Assembly (NCBI GenBank): GCA_016748015.1
Contig: JAAOMT010000096.1
Span: 453,087 to 517,086, forward strand
DNA: 64,000 nucleotides
Source of the DNA: Geosiphon pyriformis uo1
Taxonomy: Eukaryota; Fungi; Glomeromycota
Reading direction: 5' to 3'
In this document: piece after piece, positions 26,704 to 40,090 of the stretch
Layout: every line of letters starts with the position of its first letter
How positions within the stretch are numbered: position 1 is the stretch's first letter
Notes under the pieces: generated by a model
The model's database searches: none
What the model was told of the DNA's origin: nothing
Seen by the model: the letters and a program-made list of their open reading frames with translations, nothing else
Made by a program: the position numbers and the translations under genes

Positions 26704-29700
26704 TTACTTGGTGGTAAGTCTGGAGAGAGTGTTGGCATTTTGATGATTAGCTCCTTTGTGATGTTAAATATCATAGTCGAATTTGTCCAAGTGAAGTATC
26801 CAGTGAGTTATCCATTTGTGTTCTAGCTTCTTTTTGTTGCACAACCAAACCAAAGCTTAGTGATCTGTTACTACCAGGAATTTGGCACCAAAAAAATATT
26901 TGTTCCAATAACTAGTAGCCCATATTACTGCCAGACATTCTTGTTCAGTCATCAAGTAGTTTTGCTCTGTTGGTGAGAGAGTTCTACTGGCATATGCTAT
27001 GGCATGTTCTTTGCCATCTTCATCTTTCTGAGATAAAACAGCTCCAAGTCCATAGCCAGATATATCAGTGTGGAGGATGAAAGATTGATCTAGATCAGGT
27101 TGCTTTAGAATTGGTTCAGTAACTAGTTTTTCCTTTAGAGTTTCAAAAGCTTTTTGTTGGTGTGTGCCCCAATGGTAATTGACGTTTTTTCTGAGTAGCT
27201 GATTAAGTGGAGCAGCTATTTTAGAGAAATCCTTGACAAATTTGTGATAATAAGAAACCAAATCAAAGAAAGAGCATAGTTCATGAACATTCATTGGTTG
27301 TCTAATGTTCTGGATTTTTTCAACCTTAGCTGAATCAGGAAAAATTCCATCTTTTGTGATAAGATAACCAAAGAATTGGGTGGATTGTCTTCTAAAGAAA
27401 GATTTGATCGAATTGATCTTGAGACCTGCATTTATGAGAAGATCAAAAACTTTTTGCAAATGTATAAGGTGTTCATTTCAGGTTTTTGAATACACCATTA
27501 TATCGTCCAGATAGACCAAAACAAAGTTTTCTTTCACTGATTCAAATACTTTATCCATTAAGCATTGAAAAGTGGGAGGGGCATTAGTAAGACCAAAAGA
27601 CATGACTGTAAATTCATAGGTGCCATACTTGGTGATGAAGGCAGTTTTTTTTCTGCTTTCTGGATCCATCTCTACTTGCCAGAATTCAGCAATTAAGTCA
27701 ATAGTTGAGAAGAAAGCAGCATCTTTGAATTGGTCTAACATTGCATCAATCTTGGGAAGTGGGTACATGTTTCTTTCAGTGATGGTATTTAATTGGCAAT
27801 AGTCAACACAAAAGCATAGGGTTCCATCTTTCTTGGATACTACTACAACTGGAAAAGCCCATTTACTCTTGGTTTTTTGTATGAATCTAAGTTCTTTCAT
27901 CTGGTTTATCTCTTTTTTGATAAACTCATCATTGTGCCGATTGGATTGATATGGCTTCAAATGGATGGGACAAGTTTTTCTGGTGGTGATAGTGTGTTGT
28001 ATCACATAAGTTCATCCAGAAGTATCACTTTTTTTTGAGATAACTGGGCTATTTCTAGCCAACAGATTTTTAATGTCTATCTTTCTTTCTTCTGGGGAGA
28101 GTTCTCTTTGTTCTACAACTAGTGATTGGATTTTAGGTGGTTCATTCTCAAAGAACTTCTGTACTTCTTTTAATTTTTCTTTTGGTATTAAACTGATTGG
28201 TTTCCAATCTTTGTAATAGATCAGACAGGATTTGTATTTATCACTTGGAGAATACAAGGGTTGATTGCACCAGCACCAGGCATAAGGACCATGCCACCAA
28301 TAATGGTACTTGGTTTTCTTGCTAGGCTTCTGGTCAAAAATTCTTCTTAGGATATTATAGTAGGGCCAGCAGATCAGCTTGCCATTTACAATAATTTCTT
28401 TTCTGTTAGCTTTGACATTGTCCAGTAGCTTGCCATTGCTGGTAAAGATGGTATAGGCAAGTTTAGCAGTTTCTTTTTGTTCCTCTTGTTCTTCTTCATC
28501 ATCACTTTCTTCATCATCTGATTCCTCTGATTGTTCTTCTTCCTGATTCTGTTTTGGTGTTAGAGAGGTTATCCAGTAGTGACACTTAACCATAATGGGC
28601 TTCTTACCACATCTGATGGTTAGCTCACAAAGTTCATAGTCAAGTAATGCTTTGGCTTTCTTGAGCCATTCATTTCCAACAATAATAGTGTATTCCTTGA
28701 CTTCAGAAACTTCCATGTCAGTTTCAATGCTGATACCATTGATATGGACAGGAATAGCTTTGGTTATGCCCAGATTTTTCTTCTTGTCACCATGTACATT
28801 GGTCATTGGTTGGGTGGAAGGTTCATCAATCTTTCTCCCAATTGCTTCCAAAAAGTGTTTGGCAATGACACTAACAGATGATCCACTGTCCAAGATCAAG
28901 TCAATGAAATAGCCAGTCACTTGGGCTTTGCAAATTAATGAGGTGACATTGCTGTTGTCAACAAGTCCAGCTTGGCAAGGGCATTTAATGGTTTTTGGTG
29001 TTTTCTTCTTGGGAATTAGAGATTTGCGGAGATCTTTTCTGAATTGTGGGTGAGTTATTAGTTGACCAAAAGTAATATGTGCAGGAGTTTCCATGAGATC
29101 TTTGACAACAAAATAAGGACCAGATTTTTGTACTATTTCTGGGGGTTTCAACTTTGGAAAATTCTTAAAAACTTTAGTTTTTGGTGGTTTATTATTATCA
29201 GCAGTTGATGTGGATGGTTTATTTGGATCTAAAACGAAATCAACCTTGGCTTTCTTCTTTTTTTTTGTTGATTCTAAGATGTTGATTGCTAGTTTATCTA
29301 TGTTATAGTCATCATCAGTTAAGTTAAAAGCATAAAAAGGGTTTTCTTCTGGTTGGCTTGCATTCTCATCTTTTGGAGATGTGCCTACCAGTTTAAAGGC
29401 TGGTAAACTGTGGCTTCAACTAGGGGATTCTCTCCAAAGAAATTGATGTTGGCATGATTGGGTCTTTGATTGGAGGTGTTGTTGTTATTGATTCTGTTGT
29501 TCTGGTTGTCATTGTTTCTAGGAACTGGAGAAGGCAAAAAAGGATTGTTGCAATCTCTGGAGAAATGTCCAGTTAATTCACATCTATAACACACAGGAAG
29601 GCCACGATTTTGCTGTCTTTGGTAAGGAGGTTGCTGGGGCTGATTAAAACAGTTTTCAAATCTGGGTCTTTGTGGTTGCTGGTTATCTCTAATAGCCAAG

Positions 29701-30914
29701 CAAGATTTGCTGTAAGTCTATCTATTAATTGTTCATTTGGATTTTGTGTCTGGACAGCAAAAAAAGTAGCAGCCATTTGAGGAGTAGGAGCCATAACAGG
29801 AGCAGGAGCAAAAACTGGAAGTGTGGATCTCAAATGCATTCTTTGATTGTCTTTAATTCTTTGGGCAAATTCAATGGCCATATCCATGGTGGAATTATCT
29901 TTTAAAACCAAGAGAGGCCAAAGAGCATATGATAAATCAGTTCTTAATCCTTTTGTGAAGAAGTGGATTTTTTGCTCTTCAGTTCAGTTTCTACCAGAGT
30001 CTACATGCTTGATGAGTTTTCTGATTGCTTTGGCATATTCAGTCACAACTTCACCAGAATCTTGGGTTTTTTTTTTTAATTCCATATGCCATTTGGATAT
30101 TAAGATGAGAGTTCTGAATTTGTTTTCAAACCAGGTAGTGAAAAAGGTGTTGCTTTCTCCAATATTTGCTGGGGTCCATCTAACAATTTTTTGTTGAGCA
30201 CCAGCATTGGTTTCTTGTAAAAACCAGATAGCAGGAGAGCCTTGGAGGTAGCCACCAATGATTTGAAACTTGTATTCATCATCATACTGGTTTGCAGTGG
30301 CTGCTCTTTCAAAATTGTTTAACCATTCAATTAGATCTTGGACATTACTTTTAAATAGGGGTAGTGGAGTGTTGTTTCTTCACCCCAAAGCAGTTTGTAT
30401 GCCTTAGAGGGTGGCCAGAATGTTTGCTTGCATGGGGTCTTGGGCCATTGGTTCAGGGGTTACTGTTTGAGTGGAATGTTCTAATTCACTTAAAAAAAGA
30501 TCAAAAATAAGAGCAGTTTGGTAACTTTCTTCTTTTGTTTCAAGAGGAGTTATAGTTGATTGGTGAGCAGCAACCCAAATGTGTATTTGGTGATTTAATA
30601 TTCGAAATCAAAGGGCTGTTGTGTGAAAGTTGTGGAGTATAAAAGCTAATTGATGCTATTATTTCTTTCTTTAAAGTTGTCTTCAAAATAAGCTTGGTCA
30701 AAGTAATAAGTTGTATATGCTGTATAGGTTTCAGTGAGTGCTTGTTTAGGAACCAGTTCCAAAAGTTTTAGAATTGTCTACTGGATTGTTCTTCAAGGGG
30801 GAAGCAGATCAAGCAGGAGGGCAGAGGATTAAGTTCAATGAAATCTAGGTCATTTTTGTTGTGTACTGCAAAGTATTCTTCTGATTGCTATGGCAGATAT
30901 AAGTAATCACCCAT
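26704..30914 (-). pseudogene. gag-PR-RT-RNaseH pseudogene, left B element
   Basis: Zinc knuckle CYRCELTGHFSRDC, protease LILDSGSS, RT YLDD, RNase H LHTDISGYGLGAVL/EQECLA. Confidence 0.9.
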
Positions 30915-30943
30915 ACAATAAGAGAATAAGTGAATTTTGACAA

Positions 30944-30960
30944 CCTCACAGAGAGCACCA
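30944..30960 (-). promoter_or_regulatory. PBS of the left B element (TGGTGCTCTCTGTGAGG)
   Basis: Lies 6 nt from the LTR end. Its complement reads CCTCACAGAGAGCACCA, a tRNA-like 3' end. A second copy is at 37940-37956. Confidence 0.8.
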
Positions 30961-30966
30961 CTTTTA

Positions 30967-31621
30967 TGTTATGGATTGGAGTAACAAGCTAATGGATAGC
31001 AAAGAAGAACAGGATTGTAGGGTGATGGAAATAATCAAAGGGAATTTTAACTTTAAAGAGTAAATTGAATGAGTATGGATTCAATGTGCGAGATCAGTCT
31101 CATAAAATATCTCAGTTGCTATTCTTTTCAAAGATAACTGGGGAATTTGAAAGTAGAGGGATAGTCCATACTGTCAACAATTGATCACCACTAGTATAAT
31201 TCTATGCCTCACATCAGCACTCTTAGAATTCAATATCAGGTATCAACTTGTGCTTTTCAATCACGTTTATTCAAATAATCTTCAAATGCTACAATTATAT
31301 ATGTCAGGAAAAGGCCAACAAGTAATCTTTTATCCTAAAATGTTCGGATACTTGAAGATAAGGAAAAAGAAATTAGTAATAAGAGAGTAATTAAGATGAA
31401 AGTTGTTATTTTTATTTATTTGATTCTTGTCTGAGAGATGATTTTCTACAGCTAAGAGACTCATTGCTTATATAGCTATTAAAAGTGGTCAATAACCAGG
31501 TCAACAATTAGGTCAATGATCAGGTCAATGATCACTATCTAAAAATAGAGTGGCTAATTATATGACATCAGTGACTAATACATGTGATAACTAATAAAAA
31601 TTATGAGTTTCAACTGTAACA
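30967..31621 (-). repeat. Shared middle LTR B2 (655 bp)
   Basis: TGTTAT...TGTAACA, near-identical to B3. Confidence 0.92.
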
Positions 31622-32247
31622 TTATCTTCTCCAAAGAAATTGAGCTCCAGTGAAATCAAGTTATTTATAGGGTATTTTAATTGAAGAGTTTTGTCTAACT
31701 CAAAACTAACTAGTTTGTTGAAGTCTTTTGTGGATAGAGTATATAGTACTTGAGACAAAATAAGCTTTGTATCTAAGAGACCAAATTTTTGTATAAGAGT
31801 TTTGGTTCTTTTTGCAATAGTCAAAACTCTTAGGACATCTAAACATATAATGCCCAAAATTTCCACTTGTATCTTAGAAGTTGTTTTCTTTATGAGCTTT
31901 ATTTCTTCTATGATTTTACCAAGATGACCATAGAGTTCTAGTTGTCTTCCATATGACAAGTTTTTGTCTATGGGCAAGATTTCCTTAATCGTTTTTCCAA
32001 TTGTTATGGAAGATATAAGTATTGCTGCTGTTTTGCTTTCCAGCAAATACTTATTCATTTTGCTACCAATTCTTTCTCTTCTGGTAGTGGTTTTCTTTAG
32101 TCTAATAACAGTATGTGTTCCACTGTTATCAGTTATGGTGGTTTGTTTTCCAATGGTCAGAGTAGCATTTGGATAATTTTTAATCCAGTACTTATAGAGA
32201 GTGTAGAAAGTGTTTTGAATGTTTTGATCTAAAAAATAATTATTCAT
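31591..32247 (-). CDS. Accessory ORF3 of the right B element (218 aa from ATG, open, function unknown)
   Basis: Uninterrupted frame downstream of integrase, conserved in the left copy, crossing the PPT and stopping inside the LTR. Confidence 0.7.
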   Translation of the reverse strand: MNNYFLDQNIQNTFYTLYKYWIKNYPNATLTIGKQTTITDNSGTHTVIRLKKTTTRRERIGSKMNKYLLESKTAAILISSITIGKTIKEILPIDKNLSYGRQLELYGHLGKIIEEIKLIKKTTSKIQVEILGIICLDVLRVLTIAKRTKTLIQKFGLLDTKLILSQVLYTLSTKDFNKLVSFELDKTLQLKYPINNLISLELNFFGEDNVTVETHNFY

Positions 32248-32288
32248 ATCGATCAAAAATACCTCTGTTTTGGGAATGGTGCATTTAT

Positions 32289-33609
32289 TTATATCTGATT
32301 TTTGTTGATCATTTGGGTCAGTATTACCACAACAGGTAACCAATCAGGTCATTTGTGATATTTCTTGAGTCGTGTGCCATGAACAGGACGATCATTGAAG
32401 ATTGTTCTATATTGATCTTGTAAGATATAAGAACCATTGTTCAAAACTTTGTTGACTATAAAGGGTCCTTTTCACTGGCTAGAGAATTTATCACCATAGA
32501 CATTGTTTTTGTCTAAACGGTATTCTAAAACTAAGTCACCAACACTTAAGGAAAGTGTTTTATATGTTTTCTTTTTCTTAAGCTTCTCTTGGAATTGTTT
32601 TATCTTTTCAAAGACAATTATCTGTGCTTCTACAAATGAGTCAAGAATGGTACCAAGTCTTCTTTGCAAAATGTTTTTGTAATTCCCTATTGTTATTTCT
32701 TCAAAGAGTATTGTCTCAATGTCAGTTTCTATTGGTAGGGTTGCCATTTGTCCATAGAATAGATAAAAGGGTTCATAACTTGTTATGTCATGATTTACAG
32801 TTCTATAAGCAAACAAAGCTGAAGACAGTACTTTGTTTCATAAGTTTGTTTCTTCACTTGTTTTGGCTAGAGTTTCACATAGTGTTCTATTAAAACGTTT
32901 TACTAGGCCATTTGTTTGGGGGTGATAAGAGAAAAGAAGTTTGTGATGTATTCCCATTTTTCTGCAAAGTTCTTCAACAAGTGTACTGAGAAAAGCTCTT
33001 CCTCTGTCAAATAAAAGTTCTTTGGGGCAGCCATGACAATAAATGATATCTTCATAAATGAAATTGGCTATTGAGACTGCTGTTTGGTCTGGAGTGGCTC
33101 TTGCTTCTACTCACTTTGTAAGATAGTCGGTAGCTGTGATAATGTATCTGTTACCATTAGGAGTTATTGTTAAAGATCCAACAATATCTATACCAATTCT
33201 GTCAAAGGGTTGACCAACAGAGATTGTATAGATATCTTCTTTTGTGATTGGGTTTTCCTCTTCTTTGGCAGATATCACAGGTTTTGATGTATTCAGCAAT
33301 GTTTTTTCCCAAGATAGGCCAATAATAGCGAGCTAGAGTTTTCTGAATTGTTTTTGTTTTTTCAAAGTGTCTAGCTAATGGATCAGTATGCATATTGTAG
33401 ATCACAATTTCTCTTTCTTCAAATCTGATGACTCTCTGGGGGCAGTCAGGATCTTTTCTATTTCTTTTATAAAGTTGGTTCTGGCAAATCAAATAGAAAT
33501 TTGATTGTTTGCGCAAATGTTCTCTTTGTTGTCATGTGTATTTCGGTGGGTATTGTTCTTTACCCAAAAATTCCATTAAGGCAGAGTAATTGTCCAAGTC
33601 CATTATCAT
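32289..33609 (-). pseudogene. Integrase pseudogene, right B element
   Basis: HTDPLARH...CDIC, IGIDIVG, ATDYLTK. Frameshifted. Confidence 0.88.
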
Positions 33610-33674
33610 GTTTGTCAAAAAGGGGGGGGCAATTACTAATAATTAAGTTGGTTTTGTTTGAGAGGATTGTTCTG

Positions 33675-36600
33675 TCACTGGATGATAAGTCTGGAGAGAG
33701 CATCAGCATTTTGATGATTAGCTCCTTTGCAATGTTGAATATCATAGTCGAATTCATCTAAGTGGAATATCCAGCAAGTTATCCATTTGTGTTCTAGCCT
33801 CTTTTTGTTGTGCAGCCAAACCAAAGCTTGGTAATCTGTTACTACCAAAAACTTCACACCAAAAAGATACTTGCTTCAGTAACTGGTAGACTATACTACT
33901 GCTAAGCATTCTTGTTCAATAACTGAATAGTTCTGTTCTGCTGGGGAAGAAGTTCTACTGGCACAGGCTATGGCATGTTCTTTGCCATCTTCATCTTTCT
34001 GGGAGAGAACAGCACCAAGTCCAAAGCCAGATGCATTAGTGTGGAGGATAAAAAGTCAATTTAGATTAGGTTGCTTGAGGATAGGTTCTGTAACCAGTTT
34101 TTCCTTTAAAGTTTCAAAGGCTTTTTGCTAATATGTTCCCCAATGGTAATTGACATTTTTCCTGAGTAGCTGATTGAGAAGAGAGGTGATTTTGGAGAAA
34201 TCCTTGACAAATTTGCGATAATAAGAGGCCAAACCAAGAAAAGAGCATAGTTCATGAATATTCATTAGTTGTTTGATGTTTTGGACTTTTTCAACTTTGG
34301 CTGGGTCAGGAAAAATTCCATCTTTTGTAATAAGATAACCAAGGAACTGGGTGGATTGTCTTCCAAAGAAAGATTTGATTGGGTTGATCTTAAGGCCAGC
34401 ATTTCTGAGGAGATCAAAAACCTTTTGCAAATGTTCCAGGTGTTCATCTCAGATTTTTGAGTATACCATTATGTCATCCAAATAGACTAGAACAAAGTTT
34501 TTTTTGACTGATTCAAATACTTTATCCATTAAGCTTTGAAAAGTGGAAGGGGCATTGGTAAGACCAAAAGGCATGACTGTGAATTCATAAGTGCTATACT
34601 TGGTGATGAAGGCAGTTTTCTTTCTGCTTTCTGGATCCATCTCTACTTGCCAGAATCCAGTAGTTAAGTCAATAGTTGAGAAGAAAACAGCATCTTTGAA
34701 TTGGTCTAACATTGCATCAATCTTGGGAAGTGGGTACATGTCTCTTTCAGTAATGGCATTTAATTGGTGATAATCAACACAGAAGCATAGTGTTCTACCT
34801 TTCTTGAATACCACTACAATTGAGAAAGCCCATTCACTCTTGGTTTCTTGTATAAATCCAAGTTTTTTTATCTGGTTTATCTCTTTCTTGATAAACTCAT
34901 CATTGTGCCGATTGGATTTATAAGGCTTCAAATAGATGGGTCGAATTTCTCTGGTGGTGATAGTGTGTTGTATCACATGAATATGTCCAGGGGTATCACC
35001 TTCTTTGTAGATAACTGGGCTATTTCTAGCTAGCAAATTTTCAATGTCTATTTTTTTTTCTTCTGAGGAGGGTTCTTTTTGTTCTACAACCAGTAATTGG
35101 ATCTCAGGTGGTTTATTCTCAAAGAACTTCTGTACTTCTTTCAATTCTTCTTTGAGTATCAAACTGATTGGTTCCCAATCTCTGTAATAGATCAGGCATG
35201 ATTTGCATTCATTGCTTGAAAAATACAAGGGTTTGTTGCACCAACACTGGGCACAAGAACCATGCCACCAAAAACTGTATTTGGCTTTCTTGCCAGGTTT
35301 TCTTTCAAGGTTCTTCTAAGAATATCATAATACGGCCAGCAGATTAGCTTGCCATTTACAATAATTCCTTCTTTATCTGCTTTAACATTGTCCAGTAGTT
35401 TGCCATTGTTGGTGAAGGTGGTATAAGTGAGTTCAGCAGTTTCTTCTTGTTCTTTTTGTTCTTCTTTTTTATCACTCTCTTCATCATCTGATTCATCTGA
35501 TTGTTCTTTTTTTTGGTTTTGTTTGGGTACTAAGGGAGTTGTCCAATGGTGACACTTAACCATAATGGGTTTTTCACCACATCTGATGGTTAATTCACAA
35601 AGTTCATAATCAAGCAAAGCTTTTGCTTTCTTAAGCCATTCATTGTCAACAATGATGGTGTATTCCTTGGCTTCAGAAACTTCCATGTCAGTTTCAATGC
35701 TGATTCTATTGATGCAGACAGGAACAGCTTTGGCAATACCCAGTCCTTTCTTTTTGTCACCATGTATGTTGGTCATTGGTCTGGTGGAAGATTCATCAAT
35801 CTTTCTACCAATTGCTTCCAAGAAGTGTTTGGCAATGACACTAACAGATGATCTACTGTCCAGAATTAAGTCAATGAAGTATCCAGCCACTTGGGCTTTA
35901 CAAATTAGAGAGGTGACATTGCTGTTGTCAGCAAGTCCAGCTTGGCAAGGGCACTTGTTGGTTTTTGGTGTCTTCTTCTTTGGGATCAAGGATTTGTGAA
36001 GATCTTTTTTGAACTGTGGGTGGGTTATTAACTGGCCAAAGGTAATATGTGCTGGGGTTTCCATGAGATCTTTGACAATGGAATAGGGTCCAGATTTTTG
36101 TACAATTTCTGAAGGTTCCAACTTTGGAGGATTCTTAAAGACTTTAGCCTTTGGTGGCTTATTGTTATCAGTGGCAGATGTTAAGACTTTGTTGGGGTCT
36201 AGAACGAAATCAACCTTGGCTTTCTTCTTCTTTCTGGTTGGTTCTGAGGTGTTGATTGCTAGTTCATCCATGTTATGGTCATTATTAGTTAAGTTAAAAA
36301 CATAAAAAGGGTTTTCTTCTGGTTGGCTTGTACTCTTACCCTTTAGAGGTGCACCTACTAGTTTAAAGGCTGATAAACAGTGGCTTCAACTAGGGGATCT
36401 TCTCCAAAGAAATTGATGTTGGCATGATTGGGTCTTTGATTGAAGACATTATTGTTGTTGTTGAGTCTGTTGTTTTGGTTGTCATTGTTTCTGGGAGCTA
36501 GAGAAGGCAGTGGAGGATTGTTACAATCTCTTGAATAATGTCCAGTTAATCCACAATAATAGCACACAGGTGGGCCATGATTTTGCTGTCTTTGATAAGG

Positions 36601-37910
36601 AGGTTGCTGGGGCTGGTTAAAACAAGGTTCGTATTTAGGTTTTGGTAGTTGCTGGTTATTTCTGACTGCTTGTGCCAAAGGTTCTAATAACTGGGCAAGA
36701 TTGGCTGTGAGTTTATTAATTAATTGTTTATTTGGATCTTGAGTTTGGGCAGCAAAAAAAGCAGCAGCCATTTGAGGGGCAGGAGCCATGACAGGAATAG
36801 AAGCAAAAACTGGAAGTGTAAATCCCAAATGTATTCTTTGGTTGTCTTCAATTTGTTGGGCAAGTTTAATGGCCATGTCCATTATAGGATTGTTTTTTAG
36901 GGCCAAGAGAGGCCAAAGAGCATAAGATAAATCAGTTCTCAATCTTTTTGTAAAGGAATGAATCTTTTGTTTTTCTGTCCAGTTTCTCCCAGAGTTTACA
37001 TGTTTGATTAGCTTTCTAATAGCTTTGGCATATTCAGTCACTACTTCTCCAGGGCCTTGGGTTCTTCTTTCCAATTCCATGCACCATTTAGATATTAATA
37101 TTGGGGTTCTGAACTTGGCCTTAAATCGGGTAGTGAAAGAGATATTTTCTTCTCCAGCATTAATTGGTGTCTATCTGATTATTCTGTGTTGAGCATTGGC
37201 ATCTGTTTTTTGTGAAAACCAGGTAGCAGAAGAGCCTTGAAGGTAGCCACCAACGATTTGGAACTTGTATTCTTCATCATACTGGTTGGCTGTGGCAGCT
37301 CTCTCAAAATCATCCAACCATTTAATTGGATTTTATGCATCATCTCTAAATAGTGGTAGTGGGGTATTGTTTCTTCTTCTTAGAGCAGTTTGTATATCTT
37401 GGAGGGCGGCCAGAATGTTTGCTTGCATGGGGTCATTAGCCATTGGTTCAGGGGTAACTGTTTGTGTAGATGAGTCTGATTCACTTGATAAAAAGTCAAA
37501 AACAGGGGCAGTTTGGTAGCTTTCTTCTTTTGTTTCAAGGGGAGTTATAGTTGATTGGTAAGCAGCAACCCAAATGTGTATTTGGTGATTCTAATATTCG
37601 AAATCAGGGGGCTGTTGTGTGAAAGTTGTGAAGTATAAAAGCTAATTGATGCTATTATTTCTTTCTTTAAAGTTGTCTTCAAAATAAGCTTGATCAAAGT
37701 AATAAGTTGTATATGCTGTATAGGTTTCAGTGAGTGCTTGTTTAGGAACCAGTTTCAAAAGTCTTAGAATTGTCTACTGGATTGTTCTTTAAAGAGGAAG
37801 CAGATCAAGCAGGAGGGCAGAGGATTAAGTTCAATGAAATCTAGGTCATTTTTGTTGTGTACTGCAAAGTGTTCTTCTGATTGCTGTGGCAGATATAAGT
37901 AATTACCCAT
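33675..37910 (-). pseudogene. gag-PR-RT-RNaseH pseudogene, right B element
   Basis: CYYCGLTGHYSRDC, LILDSRSS, YLDD and the RNase H end NADALSRL, followed by a stop. Confidence 0.9.
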
Positions 37911-37962
37911 ACAATGAGAGAATAAGTGAATTTTGACAACCTCACAGAGAACACCACTTTTA

Positions 37963-38617
37963 TGTTATGGGTTGGAGTAACAAGCTAATGGATAGCAAAG
38001 AAGAACAGGATTGTAGGGTGATGGAAATAATCAAAGGGAATTTTAACTTTAAAGAGTAAATTGAATGAGTATGGATTCAATGTGCGAGATCAGTCTCATA
38101 AAATATCTCAGTTGCTATTCTTTTCAAAGATAACTGGGGAATTTGAAAGTAGAGGGATAGTCCATGCTGTCAACAATTGATCACCACTAGTATAATTCTA
38201 TGCCTCACATCAACACTCTTAGAATTTAATATCAGATATTAACTTGTGCTTTTCAATCACGTTTATTCAAATAATTTTCAAATGCTACAATTATATATGT
38301 CAGGAAAAGGCCAACAAGTAATCTTTTATCCTAAAATGTTCGGATACTTGAAGGTAAGGAAAGAGAAATTAGTGATAAGAGAGTAATTAAGATGAAAGTT
38401 GTTATTTTTATTTATTTGATTCTTGTCTGAGAGATGATTTTCTACAGCTAAGAAACTCATTGCTTATATAGCTATTGAAAGTGGTCAATGACCAGGTCAA
38501 TGACTAGGTCAATGATCAGGTCAATGATCACTATCTAAAAATAGAGTGGCTAATTATATAACATTAGTGACTAATACATATGATAACTAATAAAAATTAT
38601 GAGTTTCAACCATAATA
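37963..38617 (-). repeat. 5' LTR B3 (655 bp)
   Basis: TGTTAT...CCATAATA with an adjacent PBS. Confidence 0.92.
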
Positions 38618-38771
38618 CTACAACCAATGAAAATTCAATATATTGGCAAATTTACAAAACTGAAATTTCAACAATTTTTAGACCAAATTACTATGATTAT
38701 TTTGGATTACTATCTTAGTATTACAAATAGTGTTTGAACTTTAATAAAGCTCAGTCTTAAGAAAGAAATTA

Positions 38772-39730
38772 TGTTACCAGTAGAATTTTAATTATTAATT
38801 AGCATAAAATTACTCTTTTAATTTCTAGCATTAATTAATATATATTATTATTATTTCAATTATCACTTATTAGTTAATTAAATTATTAAATATTATTATT
38901 CAATTAATAATCTGATTTGTACTATAAAAATTAAGATGATCAAATTACACAATACCTTAAACTATTTAATATAGTTAAAATTTGCCGAAATTGATTAAAA
39001 TTGATCAAAATAATCAATAGTTCATAGAAATAACTTGTAGTTTGCTGAAATGTATTTTTGGTTTGCCAAAATTATAGCAAAGAAAAAAATGCAAGTTTAA
39101 AGACTAGTACTACAACAAGTTGTATAAAAAAAGAGCTTCTCTTTTCAAGAAAATATATCTTATTTTACTTTTTTATTTTAATTAGAACAAATTATCTTTT
39201 ACATATTCTTATAAAATCAAATAAAAAATTAAATATTCGAAAACCAAATTATTAAGTACTATACTTGAAATTTACAAAAACCTAAATAATACTTTGAAAT
39301 TGATTAGCTACCAATATCAGTAATTTGTTAGTGACTTTAGGTCTGGATAGAAAACGTTTCCCTTGATAGAATTCTATTTCTTTTACAATTCTTTTATTTT
39401 TCTTTTATTTTTTTATTATAATCATTAGAGTAATTTATAAACAAGATTTTTATAGAAAAGTTGATTTTTACAGCAAAATAATTACACAATTTAGTTAGCT
39501 TTTAGATAAGCAATTCTTGGAAAAGAGTTGACATTTATTACAATATAATTATACAAAGTAACTGGCATGGAATTGGCCATTTCACTTATAAGTCCAGCAG
39601 TTCAAATTATAGGAAATAATTTGAAAATAAATTCAGTTATTGGAGATTTAATTATTTTCAGAAAACATAAATTCACAACAAACAGATATTAACAACATTC
39701 AAGAAAAGAGACCAAAAACCTCCAATAACA
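38772..39730 (+). repeat. 3' LTR of A-I
   Basis: Preceded by the ORF3 tail and the purine tract AAGAAAGAAA. Termini TGTTACCAG...AATAACA. Confidence 0.9.
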
Positions 39731-40090
39731 CTATTACCAGTAATTACACCCAAACTCTCCCTTATTATTATATTTACTTCTTGATTCTGTAATGATAAGA
39801 TCACTAATAATTAATGTCTAAGACTAAGCTAGAAAATCATTAATTTAAGTGTGTTTAATCTCTTAGTTAGCTCACCAATCTGCTTATAAGGCTAACAAAA
39901 CTGTATTCAAGAATAATAAACCTAATATTCAATTTTTATAACACAAGTGGAGTTAGGTTTATTCTTTAAAAAGAGATCAAAATTTACTGAATTATTTTGT
40001 ACAAAAAGAAAAAAAAAGATTTATTAACTATTCTAGTCTAAAAAACACTACTAAAAGAAATAAAATAAGCAATAAGTGCTGAATATTTGG

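Larger units (their letters stand above)
23934..38617 (-). mobile_element. Family-B Ty3/Gypsy tandem: LTR-internal-LTR-internal-LTR
   Basis: Three homologous LTRs. The middle LTR is flanked by a PBS on one side and a PPT on the other. Two complete ~6.3-kb internal regions. Confidence 0.92.
14927..39730 (+). mobile_element. Ty3/Gypsy family A copy I (older, host to nested insertions)
   Basis: Paired LTRs 14927-15869 and 38772-39730 share subtype-specific sequence. The 4-bp TSD is CTAC/CTAT (one transition). PBS TGGTGCTCT at 15872. Confidence 0.85.

Noticed and set aside
31591-32343. ORF3 as an envelope gene
   Set aside because: It has no signal peptide, transmembrane helix or furin/fusion pattern, and it is too short and basic.
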